In this document: piece by piece, positions 25,751 to 39,431 of the stretch
Layout: each line of letters opens with the position of its first letter
Position numbering within the stretch: the first letter of the stretch is position 1
Assembly: GCF_963506605.1 (NCBI RefSeq)
Contig: NC_083284.1
Location: forward strand, 17,422,001 to 17,486,000
Length of the DNA stretch: 64,000 nt
DNA from: Zootoca vivipara
Taxonomy: Eukaryota
Direction of reading: 5' to 3'
Notes under the pieces: model-generated
The model's database searches: none
Told to the model about the DNA's origin: nothing
Seen by the model: the letters and a program-made list of their open reading frames with translations, nothing else
Position numbers and translations under genes: made by a program

Positions 25751-28097
25751 TTGGCATCTGATTGTTTAGTCTGGTCTGTCTTGGGTGAAAACGACAGAGA
25801 CTTGAATTAGATAAGGCATTCCAGGCTCCAAAGTCTGAAAAGGTTCATCATATCCATCAGCTGACTGTATAAAATCCAATGTGGTTCCCACAAAGCTTCC
25901 TGTTATAGTCAGCCTTACCCCCCAATAGATCCGATTTAATGTGCAGAGAGTGTTAGTTGTAAGAAGGAGCTCTTAGTCCCAGACGTGCTCACTTGTAGGT
26001 TGCAGTCACACCGTCCAGAAACAGGTTCATCTGTTTCCTCATTCTGCTGTTTGTGAGAACTAGGCACTTTGTCATATTGCAGTTCCAACAGCTGGTCTCT
26101 GATGACCTGCCAGATTTGGCACAGCAGCCAGCTTTGGGGGAGTTTCTCAGCTGCTGAATATACATCTCTTCCCAGGGGTGTGTGATACAAAGCTCTTGCA
26201 GGGGTGGGGGGTGGGGAATTGTCTGAAGGTTCAGCTCTTGCCTTTGGCCCTACTGAGCGTCCTTGTAGCTTGTGAAGGTGTGAGAAGGGAAAAGAAATAC
26301 CTGACAGGATGCATGCATACATGTATGAGTGTGCTGAAGTAATTTCTGGAAAAGGATTATTTTGAAAAGACATAGGAAAGATGAGGGCGTTGAATGTAGG
26401 AATTGGAAACAAATTAAGTTCAGTTTGCATTTGAAGGCAGACTTAATTCATTTGCAGTTCCTGAAAGAACAGAAGAACCAATAGCACAGCCATCCTTCAA
26501 AATTCACACTTCAGATTTTTGCAAGTAATGTGTACAGGAATGCACGTGCACAAGAGTGCATGTAAAATGCATGAATTACTGAAAATAACATGGAAAAATA
26601 TATTATATTAAGGGGACCACTTTGCAAAACTGCATGCAAAAATCTTTCTACTACTGTATTTGAACTGCAAGGCTGATAAACACTCATTCTGCAATTGCAC
26701 AGGAGGTTTTGCCATAGGGTACAATGTAACTGTGTTTACATTGGAAGAATTCTTTATTAACAAACAAAGTGTCTAAGAGTTTATCTCAACTGGGGGGGGG
26801 GAACTCAAAATACTATTAAATCAGAATGCATTTGATTTAACCATTGTTCCATGTGCCACTCAAAGCACATAATGGAATAAACTTAAACTTTCAGAGTGAA
26901 GGGGAAACCCTCTGGAGCATTTCTGTGCATATTTTTTTTTTAACCAGAGCAACCTGCAAAGCAGCAGGAGGACTTTAGAGTTCATATCGACCATAGCAAA
27001 ATAGGCAGACAGTGTGATGTGTTTTGTAAGTAGTTGGTTTAGCACTGACATGAGCCTGTTAAGAAAGACTTACCTGCCATGAATCTTTTGAAAGAATCAT
27101 TGGAATTGCTGATATGCTCAATAAAAAGATAAGCAGAATCTATTTTATTGGTATTATTGCCCATGGGCCCATTTCACACCTTGCACAGGGTAGCCCCAGG
27201 CCAATCCCAGCTCCCTAATGATCTGTATGCTATACAATGAGCCAAAGTTATTCCCTATGAAAGGGAGAGGGAAATTCTGCTATTGGGAGGTGAGAGGTTT
27301 TTTTTTTTTTTAGGAGGGGTGTGTGTAAAGGTTTGGACTTACTGAAATGTGGTAGCAAAGTGTGCCCCCTCCACCACTGTGGTTAAATTTTGCTAAAAAT
27401 AAAAAATCCCTAGTCAAGTTATCTGCTGGAGATGGACCAGAATGCCCTTTGAAACATCCCCCTGGGCATTTGGGCAAATACCCAGCATGAACCGTGCCAG
27501 GGTCAGAAGATTCCAGTGTTCCTTGTGCCCACTCCAAGCAGGCACATGCAAAACTTTTATATGCCAGGGTGAGAGCAGGAGAATTAAAGCCCCTTCATTT
27601 AAGTATGAACTTTACCCAAACCTTCCCCCAATTCTCACATTGAAAACTTCATGGAATTTCTTCTGCCCTCTTTTGATTTCTTTCTCTTACCACCCTATTG
27701 CCTAAAAAAAAATCACCCTGACTGATTAAATCATCTTAGGAGTACGGCTGAATATGTAGTGTGTGAATACCTCCAAAAGTAGCTTTAAAGCATAAAAGTG
27801 TACATCATCTGCACTATTTTCCAGCACAAACACCTCTATGTGCATGCTGTGGAGAAAGAGGACAGGGATAAGGTTTTCAATCTGTCCCATAATACTAGTA
27901 CTTGAGGTCAGTCTATTAAAATTGATCAGTAGAAGCTTCAGGACAGGCAAAAGAAAGTCTTATTTCATACAACACAGATGGCTTGGCTTAAGAGCGATTG
28001 TGGAGGGTGCCAGATATTGGCCATGATAATAAAATGGAACCTCCAGCTTCATGATGCATTTCAATATTAGTTGCTGGGGAGCAAAAGTGAGAGGGGA

Positions 28098-28380
28098 TTG
28101 TTGTTGTTGTTTAGTCATTTCTGACTCTTAGTGACCCCATGGAACAGAGCACGCCAGACACTCCTGTCTTCCACTGTCTCCCGCAGTTTGGTCAAACTCA
28201 TGTTGGTAGCTTCGAGAACACTGTCCAACCATCTTGTCCTCTGTCACCCCCTTCTCCTTGTGCCCTCAATCTTTCCCAGCATCAGGATCTTTTCCAGGGA
28301 GTCTTCTCTTCTCATGAGGTGCCCAAAGTATTGGAGTCTCAGCTTCAGGATCTGTCTTTCCAGTGAGCACTCAGGGCTGA
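28098..28380 (-). mobile_element. RTE-BovB LINE 3' end
   Basis: (CAA)n tail; BovB-type ORF end and 3' UTR (ccaaccatct.gtcctctgtc.cccccttctcct, tctttcccagcatcagg.tcttttcca, gcccaaagtattggagt). Confidence 0.88.
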
Positions 28381-30179
28381 AAGAGGATTATTGCCTTCTA
28401 AACCTACTTTTTAGCTTTCCAGTGGTGTGCAGTTACCTACTGTGAGTGGCAGGATGCTGCACTTGATTGGACTTTGGTCTGATCCAGCAGAACTTATTTT
28501 TTTAAAAAAAAAAATGTGCTTGAGCAGCTTGGCCTCAAAATGCAGCTAGCAACCATACATAAGCATAAATTGGTTTTTCCCCAGTAAAGGAATGTGGGAG
28601 ACAGAAATCACTCACTAATGTGTGTTATTAGTGCTGTGATATCTCTGATATATTCAAGAAGCTCAATGAAATGGCAGTTCCTTCAGAGTGATCCAGATAC
28701 CAGTCTCACAGCTTGGGCATGTTAATTTGAACGGCCAGGGGGAAAATGTGTTGTCTAAAAAAGAAAAACAACAACAGATTGTGAAGACCAACACTGCCCC
28801 CCCCCGGTGACATCCACTCTGTTTTGGTGGGGGGGAATTTTGCCTTGCCTTCTCCTTGATAGAAATACTAAACTTCCCATCACATCAGTAAATGTTCCAG
28901 ATCTCAGTTCAGAATCTATACATACTGGATGTGATCCTTAGGGCATGCAAGTCGACTGTGATGAGTATAATGACTACTGCACCTGATCATCTCTGATACA
29001 GAACAGCCCTCTTCAACACCTTTCCTCATATTCAGTGAAGTTATCATTGTACCATGATGGGAAGGAGGGTCTGAAGAGAAAGAGCAGAGGAAGAGCCATG
29101 TGGGCTGGTTGACCTTGCTTCTTGATTCCGCTGCCAAAAGTCCAGGAGTCAGCAAAGCAAAAAGGACGGCCAGCCCACCAGAGCTCTCTGCCTAGGGATC
29201 AAGACTCTTTTGTGTGGGCAGCTCTACATAGACAGGAGCACATTGAAAGGGTAGTTCCTGTCACAAAGGCCTTGCTTTATAAAGAGTTCTCACTTGTATA
29301 GATTTTCAGTGAGTGACAGATGGTCCCATAATATTTGACCTAGCCTTGTCACTTTTGAAGCCGTCTTCTTTTCCCTGGAGCCTCTCTTACTTAACCAAAA
29401 GGAAAGGGCAGTGTTGGCTGAATCTGATAGGCAAGCACAGACCCATGCAGTTTATTTCCAGTTGCAATAAACTCCTAGAGTGCAATTTTGGCAAAAGCAT
29501 TTGACAAAACAGCCTGTTCCAGGCACTGTCAGCCACCAGCTCCCGGTATCATGGACTGTCAGGACTGCAGCTTTTTTTTTTACCCCAGTGCAATGTTGTT
29601 GTGTTGTATTTTTTATTATTATTATTTTAAAAAATGTTTATGGTCCCACACCATGCACCATGATCTGTTATGCAGCGTTTGTCCCTGACATTTATAGATA
29701 CTTGGTAGCTTGGGGATAGTTAGCAAAGAGTTAACTGTTGTGCTTCTAAAACAGAATGATCCATCACTAACTCCACATATTAATCAATAATGCTTAATTG
29801 CATGGCATCACAACTGCAGTAGAAAGCTCTGGGGTACCTTTTCTTTTCTTTTTTCTTTGAGGGCTTTATATTCCTCCAGATTGGTATTCCACAAGGCGAG
29901 AGGTTTCATTTTTATTCAACTCTTACACTTGGCAGCTTTTACCGTTATGCCTATTAACTTTTATAGATGTCATACATTTTTATGTTAATCCTTCCACACT
30001 GTGTATGGTGAGAAGTCTGATCTCTGTTCATCAAACTGGTGTACAAGAAAAAAAAAATATTGCATGCCTTCAAAATATTTAAAAGGGCTCCTTTTTTCTT
30101 GTTTGACAATAATTTATTAGCTTGCTTGCTTAAATAATAAAAATAAATTTACAAATGAATTACAGCTGGCATAACATTC

Positions 30180-30795
30180 AAAAAGGAGAGGCATAGTAGT
30201 CATGGAAGACTTCAGCTAGCCCCAATATCTGTTGGAACTCAAATTCTGCCAAGAATGTAAAGTCCAACAAATTCCTCAGTTGCATCATTGACAATTTCAT
30301 TTCCCAGAAGGTGGAAGAAGCAACAAGGGGATCATCTATCTTGGACCTGATCCTCACTAACAAAGAGGAAATGATAAATGAAGTGGAAGGCTGGGAGCCT
30401 TGGGAGGATGTGATCATGTCCTTGGATTTCATGATACAAAGGCAAGGACGAGCTGAGTGTAGTTAGACATGCTCTTTGGACTTTAAGAAGGCTGATTTCA
30501 AAAAGCTTGAGGAACTACTGGATGTGAGAAACCATGGTGAGAAATACTCAAAGAGAAGTGAGTCCAAGATGGATGGTAGTTTTTTAAAGGTGAAATATTG
30601 AAGGCACAAATGCAGGCAGTTCCAACGAAAAAGAAAAGTGGGAGGCAGTGTGGCTTATGGATGAGCTGACTTTTACAAAGAGCTTCTATAAGAAATGGAA
30701 GAAAGGGGAAATCACAAAAGAAAAGCATATATGAGGGAGAAGGTCCAGTGGGCCAAAGCTCAGAATGAGTTCAGATTTACAAGGGAGGTTAAAAA
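30180..30795 (+). mobile_element. Degenerate CR1 ORF2 fragment (endonuclease C-terminus and linker)
   Basis: Remnant frames such as DNFISQKVEEATRGSSILDLILTNKEEMI...DFKKADF. Confidence 0.8.
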
Positions 30796-31152
30796 TAATA
30801 ATGGGACTGAAGGAGCTTCCTTAGATCTAGGTGGAAAAGAGAATTAGAGCTAGGTGTCCTCAACATACTGGTGGCACCAAACCTTGGAACTCTGGACAAT
30901 GTCTCCCAGTGGAACAGGAGTCTCTCAGCACCACCTTCTGTGTTCACCCCTCCAGAAAGGAAAAGAGCCAGCTGCAAAACATTCTAAGGAAATGTTAATT
31001 ACAAAACGATAACGATGATAAAAGAAAACAGCAACAGAAGTAGCAAAATAAAACATGGTGTATGCAAAATCTAAAGCAACAGTGGGTCAAAACTGAATAG
31101 CAGTTCTGTTTGACTATGGCCACAATCATCTGTTGTGTGTGTGCATACATGG

Positions 31153-31186
<34 letters not shown>

Positions 31187-31782
31187 GGCAAGACAGGTAT
31201 TTCTTTTCTGGCACTATATTAGTGGCTTCCTTTGTGCTCCTATAATGTCCAGCTGAGAATTTCTCAGAGAACCAGCTGAAGCCCCATTACATCTGGCAGA
31301 GTAAGATGCTTGATTACAGGCAATGAGTCCATAACACTAATTAATGTTCACAACCTCTAGTTAGAGAGGGAAGGTGGTGGAGCGTAGCTGGCTATTTCCA
31401 GGTTTGTTTCTATTGTACGTTCTCAGCCAGAGTTCTGGCTTACTGACAGAAGGAAATGAAGTGAAATGGATCAAAAAGAGGGCTGGCTGCTTTAGTCTTC
31501 TGTAAACAGCTTACAGCGAGATTTTTTTTTTTTTAAAAAGCAGTTGTTTGTTAATGATCAAATAGAAATGGAGGCTGAAAAGGAGGTTTGAAAAGAAGAG
31601 GTGTACTTCAGGGAGGAAGAAGGACAGGGGAGGATTATTTCCCCTGGGAAACTTTGCCTCCAACTTCAGTAATAAAACATGGTCTTTATATGACCCTCTT
31701 CCGTCTGACTCTATTTTTCCCCAGAAGAGATGAAAGACAGTGTTTCTGAATCTCTAAATTGTGCTTGCATTTATATACAGTA

Positions 31783-32031
31783 CAGTGGTACCCCGACAAC
31801 CGAACGATTCGACTTCCGAAGGTTTCGACTTCCAAAGTCGGCAACCCTGGAAGTCTTTTTGTCGCACATTCTGCGCCTGTGCAAAGCGGAGCGCGCGGTT
31901 GGCGCATGGCATGCGCTGAAACGCGAAATTGTGCTTCGCGCATGCACAGAAGCGGTGCTTCGGCAACCGAAGACTTCAACTTACAAATACAGCCACGGAA
32001 CAGATCGTCTTTGTAAGTCGAGGTACAACTG
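31783..32031. mobile_element. Tigger-like MITE
   Basis: TA|CAGTGGTACCCCGAC...GTCGAGGTACAACTG|TA; contains gcgcatgc motifs; related to 38104-38321. Confidence 0.88.
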
Positions 32032-32408
32032 TATTTATTGGATAAAACGTGCACAGCTGAACATTGTCATTTGGGTTGCCATTTTTCCTACTTTACAAAA
32101 GAAAATCCTCTGGAATTTGAAGCGCTGTCAGATTAGAGTCCCCTATTGACAGAGTCCTCAATTTGATGTCCAAATGAAGTCAGGTTTAAAGATAAGGAGT
32201 CATAAGAAGGGAGATTGGAAGAGGGCTTGAAGTTGCCCATCACCAGGTAGTAGCTGAACAGCAGAAGAAGCAGGTGTACAGATCACCTGACCACAGTCAT
32301 CCCCACTATTGCGAAATATGCTGTATTTTTTAGCTAAATCACAGTAACTGTGTCTGAATCTGCATCTAAATACCGGTACATTGGGTCCTCCCATCAAGAG
32401 AGGGCATG

Positions 32409-33143
32409 CGTTGCAGTGGGGCTCGGCAACCAGGTCTAGGGGTTGGGGCGGGACAATTGGAGCGACCACAACACCCTGTTGGTGTTCCCTCTGATGGGGT
32501 GCAATTGTGCTGAGGACATGCCAATTAAAAGAGCCAGAGTGAACACTATTTAACTGCTGCACATGGCCTTTGAAATTCTCTTCTCAGGCACAGTGCATCA
32601 GAACACCCGCCCACCTCTCCCTAATTTAGGGCTTTCGCTTGACCTTGCTATGCCGTCGTGTGTCATCTCCCGTTGGGGTAGGGGCACAGCAGGAATTTTC
32701 CCCACTTGGCTGATTGGCTGTTGCCACTTGGGTTTCGCCTGCCGCGTAGCAATTCGTCACAACTTGTAAGGTTGCGGATAGGCTCTGATTCATGCTGATA
32801 AGGGTGGCATGATCCCTATCCACAGGTATTCCTCTTAAAGGAATCCATTGGACTTCTGGTTGGTCTTCCCCAAGTGGGGTTGTGCCCTCTCCAGAGTTCT
32901 GGGCACACATGGGGGAATTAGAGACCTGGCGGTAGTCAGGGCCCCCGTCCCAAATGTTGACCTGGCTGCTGACGTATGGTGCGCCCAGAGTCAGTGCTAC
33001 CCTAGGTAGCTTTGGGAACCAGAGCCTATGCAACCACTCACTTGGTTTGTAATCAATAAAGTTGTGCCCTTAATTTCTGCCAAAAACCAAACCATGAGTC
33101 ATGTCTGAATTTATTTCTAGGCCTAGGTTAAAGGATCTCCACA
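32409..33143 (+). mobile_element. Putative solo LTR
   Basis: GC- and CpG-richer block with TATA-like tatttaa near 32547, AATAAA at 33055-33060 and a ...CCACA end; boundaries and TSD uncertain. Confidence 0.45.
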
Positions 33144-35389
33144 TGCAAATCAGCAGGTGTAAAATTTATGCCAATATGTGTCATCCTTTATCTTTTAGGG
33201 GTAACACTGGATGAATGGGCACTGTAGTTGCATTTCAAGAGGCTGTGGGCACTTAAGAGTTACAAAGATCCATAACAGAATAAGTGATTGGCAAAGCAAA
33301 AGAAGCAAAAATCAGCTCCCACATATGCAGGTGAATGCATTCTCTTCCTGGTGGTTGTGCTCTTCTTGGCCTCTCTGTTCCCTCCTGCTACCAGTAACAC
33401 CCTTTGGTACCACCACCTACTTGACTAAAATATAATAGAGGTGTGGGAGGAACACAGAAAGAGGGTGTACCATCAACATTCTGCAGTGGAAGGATCTATT
33501 AACCTCCTTCCAGATTTATCACCTCATTCTGTTGCATGTGTAGACTAGACCGGAGTGGCAAATCCCCAGGAATTACTGGTAAGACTGCTGCATCTTGTGC
33601 TTTAGTGGTAATGAACATTTCCTTTTTCAATTAGATTTAAAACATTTAATTATTTGGATAATTGAATTAAGAATAATTGAATTAAGAATAATTTTCTATA
33701 TGTGTACTTCTGTTGGTTCATTGTACTTCTGCTATTGGCCATAGCATGACCAAAGAACTGCAACTGAGTGCAACTGTGATACCTTTTAAGACATAAATTG
33801 ATATGCAGTTCATCCAGCTGCTCAAAATATAGTAGAATTTCAGAGGCACCAGCTACAGAAAAACCAACCAATCTACTAAAAGCCCCTTATAATCTCATTC
33901 ACTTATTACAGAGCTGCTGTGCAGAAATGCAGGAGGTTATGTGATTGTGTTATTCATGAGGTCATCTTGCTTTTGGCAGGGCAAGAGCTCTCTCTCCCTT
34001 TGTAGCTTTGGAGCTGATGGGAAAAGAGGAAGGGATGCTGGGAAACTTGTAAGAGGTGATTTGAGGTCAGCTGCTTATAGCAGCAGAAGAGGGAGTGCAG
34101 GAGAAGTAAATTAAAAACATCCCCATTCCTGAGAGGTTCATATCTAATGGGATTTACTGCAATGTAACCTAACACCATAAGCAGCAAATGAAGCCATTGA
34201 CAAAGAAACATGAATCCAAACTGGCTACAAGTCTGTTGAAATGGACATTTTGGAGGGTCCGGCTTAATACAGTACTAAGGAATTGGAGTTTACTTGATTT
34301 GTCACTCCTGCACAAACAACCATCACATTAGGAGAGGTGGTCCTGGCCCCACAATTTCCCCCATCCTCACAGGTGTACACATATTGGAGGGGACCCTACA
34401 TGCCTAGTACAGGATCCCATCTACAGATGTGCTCCAACCAAGGCATGGGCAATGTAGTTTGGACCAGGAGGCATGGCCCTCATATGATATGCACCTTATA
34501 TGCAGGTGAAGCTAGAGATGCTTGAGGAATCTGATATTTGCTGATTCCTGTATCTCACAGCTCCTGAGTCCAGCAGCAGTCAAGACTCTCAAATTTAGGA
34601 GATAGGTCAGGTGCAGGACTCTGAGCTTGCTATGGTTTATCAAGAAATTACTGATGGACATGAGTGCTCCCCCTCCAAGAACCTCCCATACCCGTAGAGC
34701 AAAAGCCCAGACTCTCACAGGTATCTTCCACTGAACCTGAGGAACCAAATGCTTCCCATAGAACATTACCAGTCCACCAGTGCAGGAGGCTGTGGAACAG
34801 AGCAGGAGTGCTCACTGTCATGTGAGAAGCTTAGTCCTTTCAAAATCTAAAGTTAGCCACACACAAGGGAGCAGAGCCTAGGAGAGGAGATCTGGGGGCA
34901 GAGGTGTAAAAAACAACAACAACCTCAATCTGTGTTGACCTTTCTCAGGGCAAGTTGCTCATTTGCACTATCTTGATCCTGCAGCCTCTTACTTGCCTCA
35001 CTGCTGGCATGGCACTATGGGAATTACTATTTTGCATCCCTCAGACTAATTGCAGATTAGATATTAGCTATCTACCTGATTCCACATTCTCAATAATGTT
35101 ATGATACAGATCTCCACAGTTTAGGCTACTGCTGACTTAACAATTGTCTGCTCATTTGCAGGACCATTCTGTCTGTCTCTCCCACCCCCCACCCCTTAAA
35201 ATGTGGGGCAGTTTCTACTGTTTCAGGGGAGAAATTATCCCAAAGCTTTGGGTGTGATGATGTCTTGCCTTACTTTATTTTTAAAAGGTAGCCAAGGATA
35301 ATATTTTCAGCTGAAAATATCAGCACGGCATTAGTATCAAAATATGCATTCATGTATGTATTTTGAGAGAATATAGGCATTTAAATATA

Positions 35390-35533
35390 CCGTATTTTTC
35401 CATGTATAAGACTACGGTTTTTGTTTTGTTTTTACAAAAAAAAGGTTTAAAATTGGGGCTCGTCTTATACACGGGTAGTGCTGAGGGTTTTTTTTTTCTT
35501 ATTTTGGAGTGTCTTATACACAGAAAAATACGG
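35390..35533. mobile_element. Tc1/mariner-type MITE
   Basis: TA|CCGTATTTTTC..TGTATAAGAC...GTCTTATACACAGAAAAATACGG. Confidence 0.8.
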
Positions 35534-37109
35534 AATATTTTTTAGGGTACTTTTTTTCCAAAAACATTAGTGCAGAAACAGAACGAAGTGGAATGATGGG
35601 TCAAAACTTGTGAAAGTCGCCCAGACTAGAAACTGACATATTCTTCCAGCACTATGTGCATATTTAGTTAGCTCAGAAATGCTTCTTTCCTCTTAGGTAA
35701 AACAACACAAAAATCTTAACCTGTATAGCAGCGATATTCAGTAGGTTAAGAAAAAGACTTTGAAATCGTTCTAGCAAGCTAGTGTTTTTGCTTCACCTGC
35801 CCATGGGGAATGATTTGCTTTCCAGAGTCAGCTTAGGTAGCAGTGGGAAATGACACGCAGGCAGTATTATGGAAAAATCTGTGTGCGCAGAACTTTATAA
35901 ATTTCAAAAGATTCCATTTAACAGAAGTAGCATTTCTGGCAGGCTGAAACTGACTTGCCTGAATACATTTCTAAAGCAACTTGCTTGCCTTTCTAACAGC
36001 AACAGTAACAACAAAAACTCATTTCCTTTCTTCTTAGGCCAAGCAGTTGTTGCTAATGTAGTTGGCAAACAGGTCCGTTATCTCAAAGTGCTGACTCCTC
36101 TGCTGTTTCTTGCTGGGCTGTGAAGTAATTTCCGTCAACAACTCGTCTGTGGGAAATAGTATGGGCTGTTTCATATAATCTTTGGGAGTGATGGGGCCTG
36201 CCTACTTAGGATTTAGTCTTTCGTTTTATTCTATTTTTTTGCAGACTTGGAAGAAATCAGGTGACTGGCAGATGGTATGGCTTACAAGAGCCAAGTAAAT
36301 TTGTCAGCTCTCCCTTTCCTCAAATCAAGGCCAATTGATTAGCATGGCAGCTTTGCAGCCTTTTTATTGGGCAAGCGTCAGCAAATCGGGCTATGGGGAT
36401 TGTCCTCTTTCCCATCCTCTAACTGGGTAATAACTCCCAACAGTCTTGACTCCAAACAGCTTTTCAAGCCCATGTCTGAATTACTGCTGCAATTTAAACC
36501 TGTGTGTGCAACTAAATCATTCTAAAAAACGAAAAGTAAGAAGATATTGAGCAGCTTAAGTATTTATGGCCCCCAGTTAAACTGGTGCTGGACACTGGGC
36601 AAAATAACCTACTTCCACAGGTAGTTGGATTCATACATCACTAGTCAAGTATGCAAACACTTTGTAAACTAATGGTACCAAGCTATGCATGGCTGCAGCC
36701 ATACTGGCAGTATGTATTCCCCACTTTTTTATTTATTCTGAAGAACATATAGTTCGAAGGAACATAGTGACTGTCCTATAACAGATAGAGCTGGTTGTCT
36801 GTCTAGGCCAGTGCTCTTTGCTCTAACTGGCAGCAGCTCTCCTGGGTCTCTTGTAGAGATCTAATCTTTTTTGTTGCTTGTGAACCTGGGACATTCAATA
36901 AGTAAAGTATATACTGTGTGGCTAACAGTAGTTCCTACCATTGACGCAATCGGTCCTAAGTGCCCTTTCAATCCCTATTCTTCAAGGCTAGTAAAACCTA
37001 GTAGAAGGGGATTGACTGGATAGTTTCAGGGAGTGTTTAATGCCCACCACCTTGAAAGAGAAAGCAGTTAGCCCCTCTTGGAAAAACCTTCCCTGGCTCA
37101 CCATGGATA

Positions 37110-37274
37110 GGTTGGATACCTCTCTTGGTTAGAACATGGTGCTGATAACACCAAGGTTGCAGGTTCAATCCCCGTATGGGACAGCTGCATATTCCTGCAT
37201 ATTCCTGCATTGCAGGGGGTTGGACTAGATGATCCGCAGGGCCCCTTCCAACTCTACAAATCTATGATTCTATG
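37110..37274 (+). mobile_element. tRNA-Ile-headed, CR1-tailed SINE (Squam2-like)
   Basis: ttggttagaacatggtgctgataacaccaaggttgcaggttcaatccccgtatggg resembles vertebrate tRNA-Ile; followed by the CR1 3' UTR gcagggggttggactagatga...ttccaactcta and an ATTCTATG tail. Confidence 0.8.
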
Positions 37275-37283
37275 GATCTAGAG

Positions 37284-37408
37284 CAAGTGCGGCCCTCCAG
37301 ATGTTTTGGTCTACAACTCCCATGATCCCTAGCTAACAGGACCAGTGGTCAGGGATGATGGGAATTGTAGTCCAAAACATCTGGAGGGCTGAAGTTTGGG
37401 GATGCCTG
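37284..37408. mobile_element. hAT-Charlie (URR1-like) MITE with a deletion inside the left TIR
   Basis: TSD ATCTAGAG at 37276-37283 and 37409-37416. Confidence 0.88.
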
Positions 37409-37454
37409 ATCTAGAGGTTTTAGAGAACTTAGAACCCAGTCTCTAATATGTGTC

Positions 37455-37670
37455 TCCTGTGTAAGGTGATTGAGAAGGTGATGGTCAGACAGCTGCAGAT
37501 ATACCTGAAGGAAGCTGATTATCTAGATCCATTCCAGCCTGGCTTCAAGCCCAGTTTGGAAACTGAAAACCCTCAGTCACCATGATTTAGGATATTTATC
37601 AGGAGAGACACAAGGGGCATGCAGCCCTATTGGTTCTTCTTAACCTCTCAGCAGCTTTCGACACCATTGC
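37455..37670 (+). mobile_element. L2 LINE RT fragment
   Basis: Remnant KVIEKVMVRQLQIYLKEADYLDPFQPGFKP and LVLLNLSAAFDT. Confidence 0.78.
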
Positions 37671-38103
37671 TTCTCATACCTGTGCCACATTGAGTGTCAT
37701 GGCATATTTTACAGTGCATTCCTGTACATGTCAGCTCAGCAATAAGTTACAAGGTTTTCAATGAAGCTTACACCCAGGTTAGTGTGCATATCTTCAGAAC
37801 CTTTATCTTATCCTTATAGCAGCCACGTAGGCTGATTGTATCAATAGACTCATTCTGACTTTTGGAATTCAGGTTTAGAGGGCATGACTCACCAATGGTC
37901 TACACACCATTTTTAGATTTGGATCTTCAATCCTTTTGTTTGCTCTTGACTTCTGTTGTCCTCTTCCTTATCATTGCTTTTTCATTCAGCTTTCATGGTA
38001 TTTTGTCCACATAAAGAATAACAGTTAGAGTAGCACAGAAACAGAAGACAGAAGGTTGTTGTTATTTACATGAACATGGATCTAATTGTCATGTTTAGGT
38101 GTA

Positions 38104-38321
38104 CAGTGGTACCTCGACTTATGAAGGCGATCTGTTCCGCGGCACTCTTCGGAAGTTGAAAACTTCAGAAGTTGAAGCGTCCATTTTGCGCATGCGCAAA
38201 GCGTGATTTTGCGCTTTGCGCATGCACAGAATGTGTGCGTTGTGAAAATACTTCCGGGTTAGCGGACTTCGGAAGTCAAAACCTTCAGAAGTCGAGGCAT
38301 TCGTAAGTCGAGGTACCACTG
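38104..38321. mobile_element. Tigger-like MITE
   Basis: CAGTGGTACCTCGACTTA...TAAGTCGAGGTACCACTG. Confidence 0.88.
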
Positions 38322-39007
38322 CTCCATGAATCAAATTGCCCTTACATTCACCTGTGGCAATTAAAAAGTCATTATTTGCTTGCTAAGAACAGTTGTGACT
38401 AGATTATTGTCCTTTACCCATTTTCCTAAAACCATCTTTATTAAGTTTTCAGGGCGAGAAAATGAACTTTAGCCAGTGGGGAAAGCTTATTCAAAACCTT
38501 TAGACGGAGTCATTAAAAATACCTCTATGGGGATTTTTGTTTATTAAAGCAGTAAGCAAGAATTTTAAAGAAAGTCAAAATAAGGGGAGGGCTGATTATT
38601 CATCCTTTGATTGAGGTGGATTATTGCAGTGTCCCAGTTCTCCTAAAGCACCTAGGAAAAATAAAGCAATTTAATCATTAGGACAGGGACTCAAAGTTCA
38701 TTATGATGATAATTCATTCCTGACAGGCATGCTGTGAGTTATTGAACTTGAGAAGTTTTAAGTCCATGGATGCAATTGCAAGAATCACCTCCAGGGCAAG
38801 TCCTACTACAAGTTGGGGGGGGGGGGTTACACTTATGTCCAAAGTCTGTTTTTCTGTGCAAGCAAACAAGCACTTATTTGTAGCGGCTGGACTGGTATGT
38901 GAGACAGAGCCATAATAACATCCTGCAAGCTGATAATCAAACCATTTCATCATGTTGTAATTGACTCCATGCAGACTTATAACTGCATTCGCCAGTGTTC
39001 ATTTGTT

Positions 39008-39017
39008 TGTGTGTGTA

Positions 39018-39073
<56 letters not shown>
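39008..39073. repeat. (GT)n(AT)n microsatellite ~60 bp from the PLE insertion site
   Basis: Direct reading. Confidence 0.95.
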
Positions 39074-39076
<3 letters not shown>

Positions 39077-39194
39077 GAGGATTCCTTTTGAGTGCAATTC
39101 TGTAACTTTACAAATAATGAAGTATTCCAGAGTTACTGTTACTTGGAAAAATTCCTTCAGTAGCACCTTAAAGACCAACTAAGTTTTTATTTTG

Positions 39195-39232
39195 GTATGA
39201 GCTTTCGTGTGCATGCACACTTCTTCAGATAC
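39195..39232 (-). ncRNA. Minimal type I hammerhead ribozyme motif (inverted arm copy)
   Basis: Exact reverse complement of 42819-42856. Confidence 0.88.
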
Positions 39233-39431
39233 AGTGAAATGGAAGTTTCCATTATGAATAATCAGCCCTTATGTAGAGAAGGGGTGGGGAGGGGTGGGGA
39301 TGGGGAGGGGGGATCACTCAGAAGGGTGGTGGAAATGGGTGATTGACTGACTGATAGCTGTTGATGACCGCAAACGACTGCAAATGGTTTTGCATGAAAA
39401 AGCAAGGGTTGAGATGGCTGAAGATCGCTTA

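Noticed and set aside
37110-37183. Functional tRNA genes (also 53570-53622 and 25498-25570)
   Set aside because: Mutated or truncated, and fused to LINE-derived tails, so they are SINE heads.
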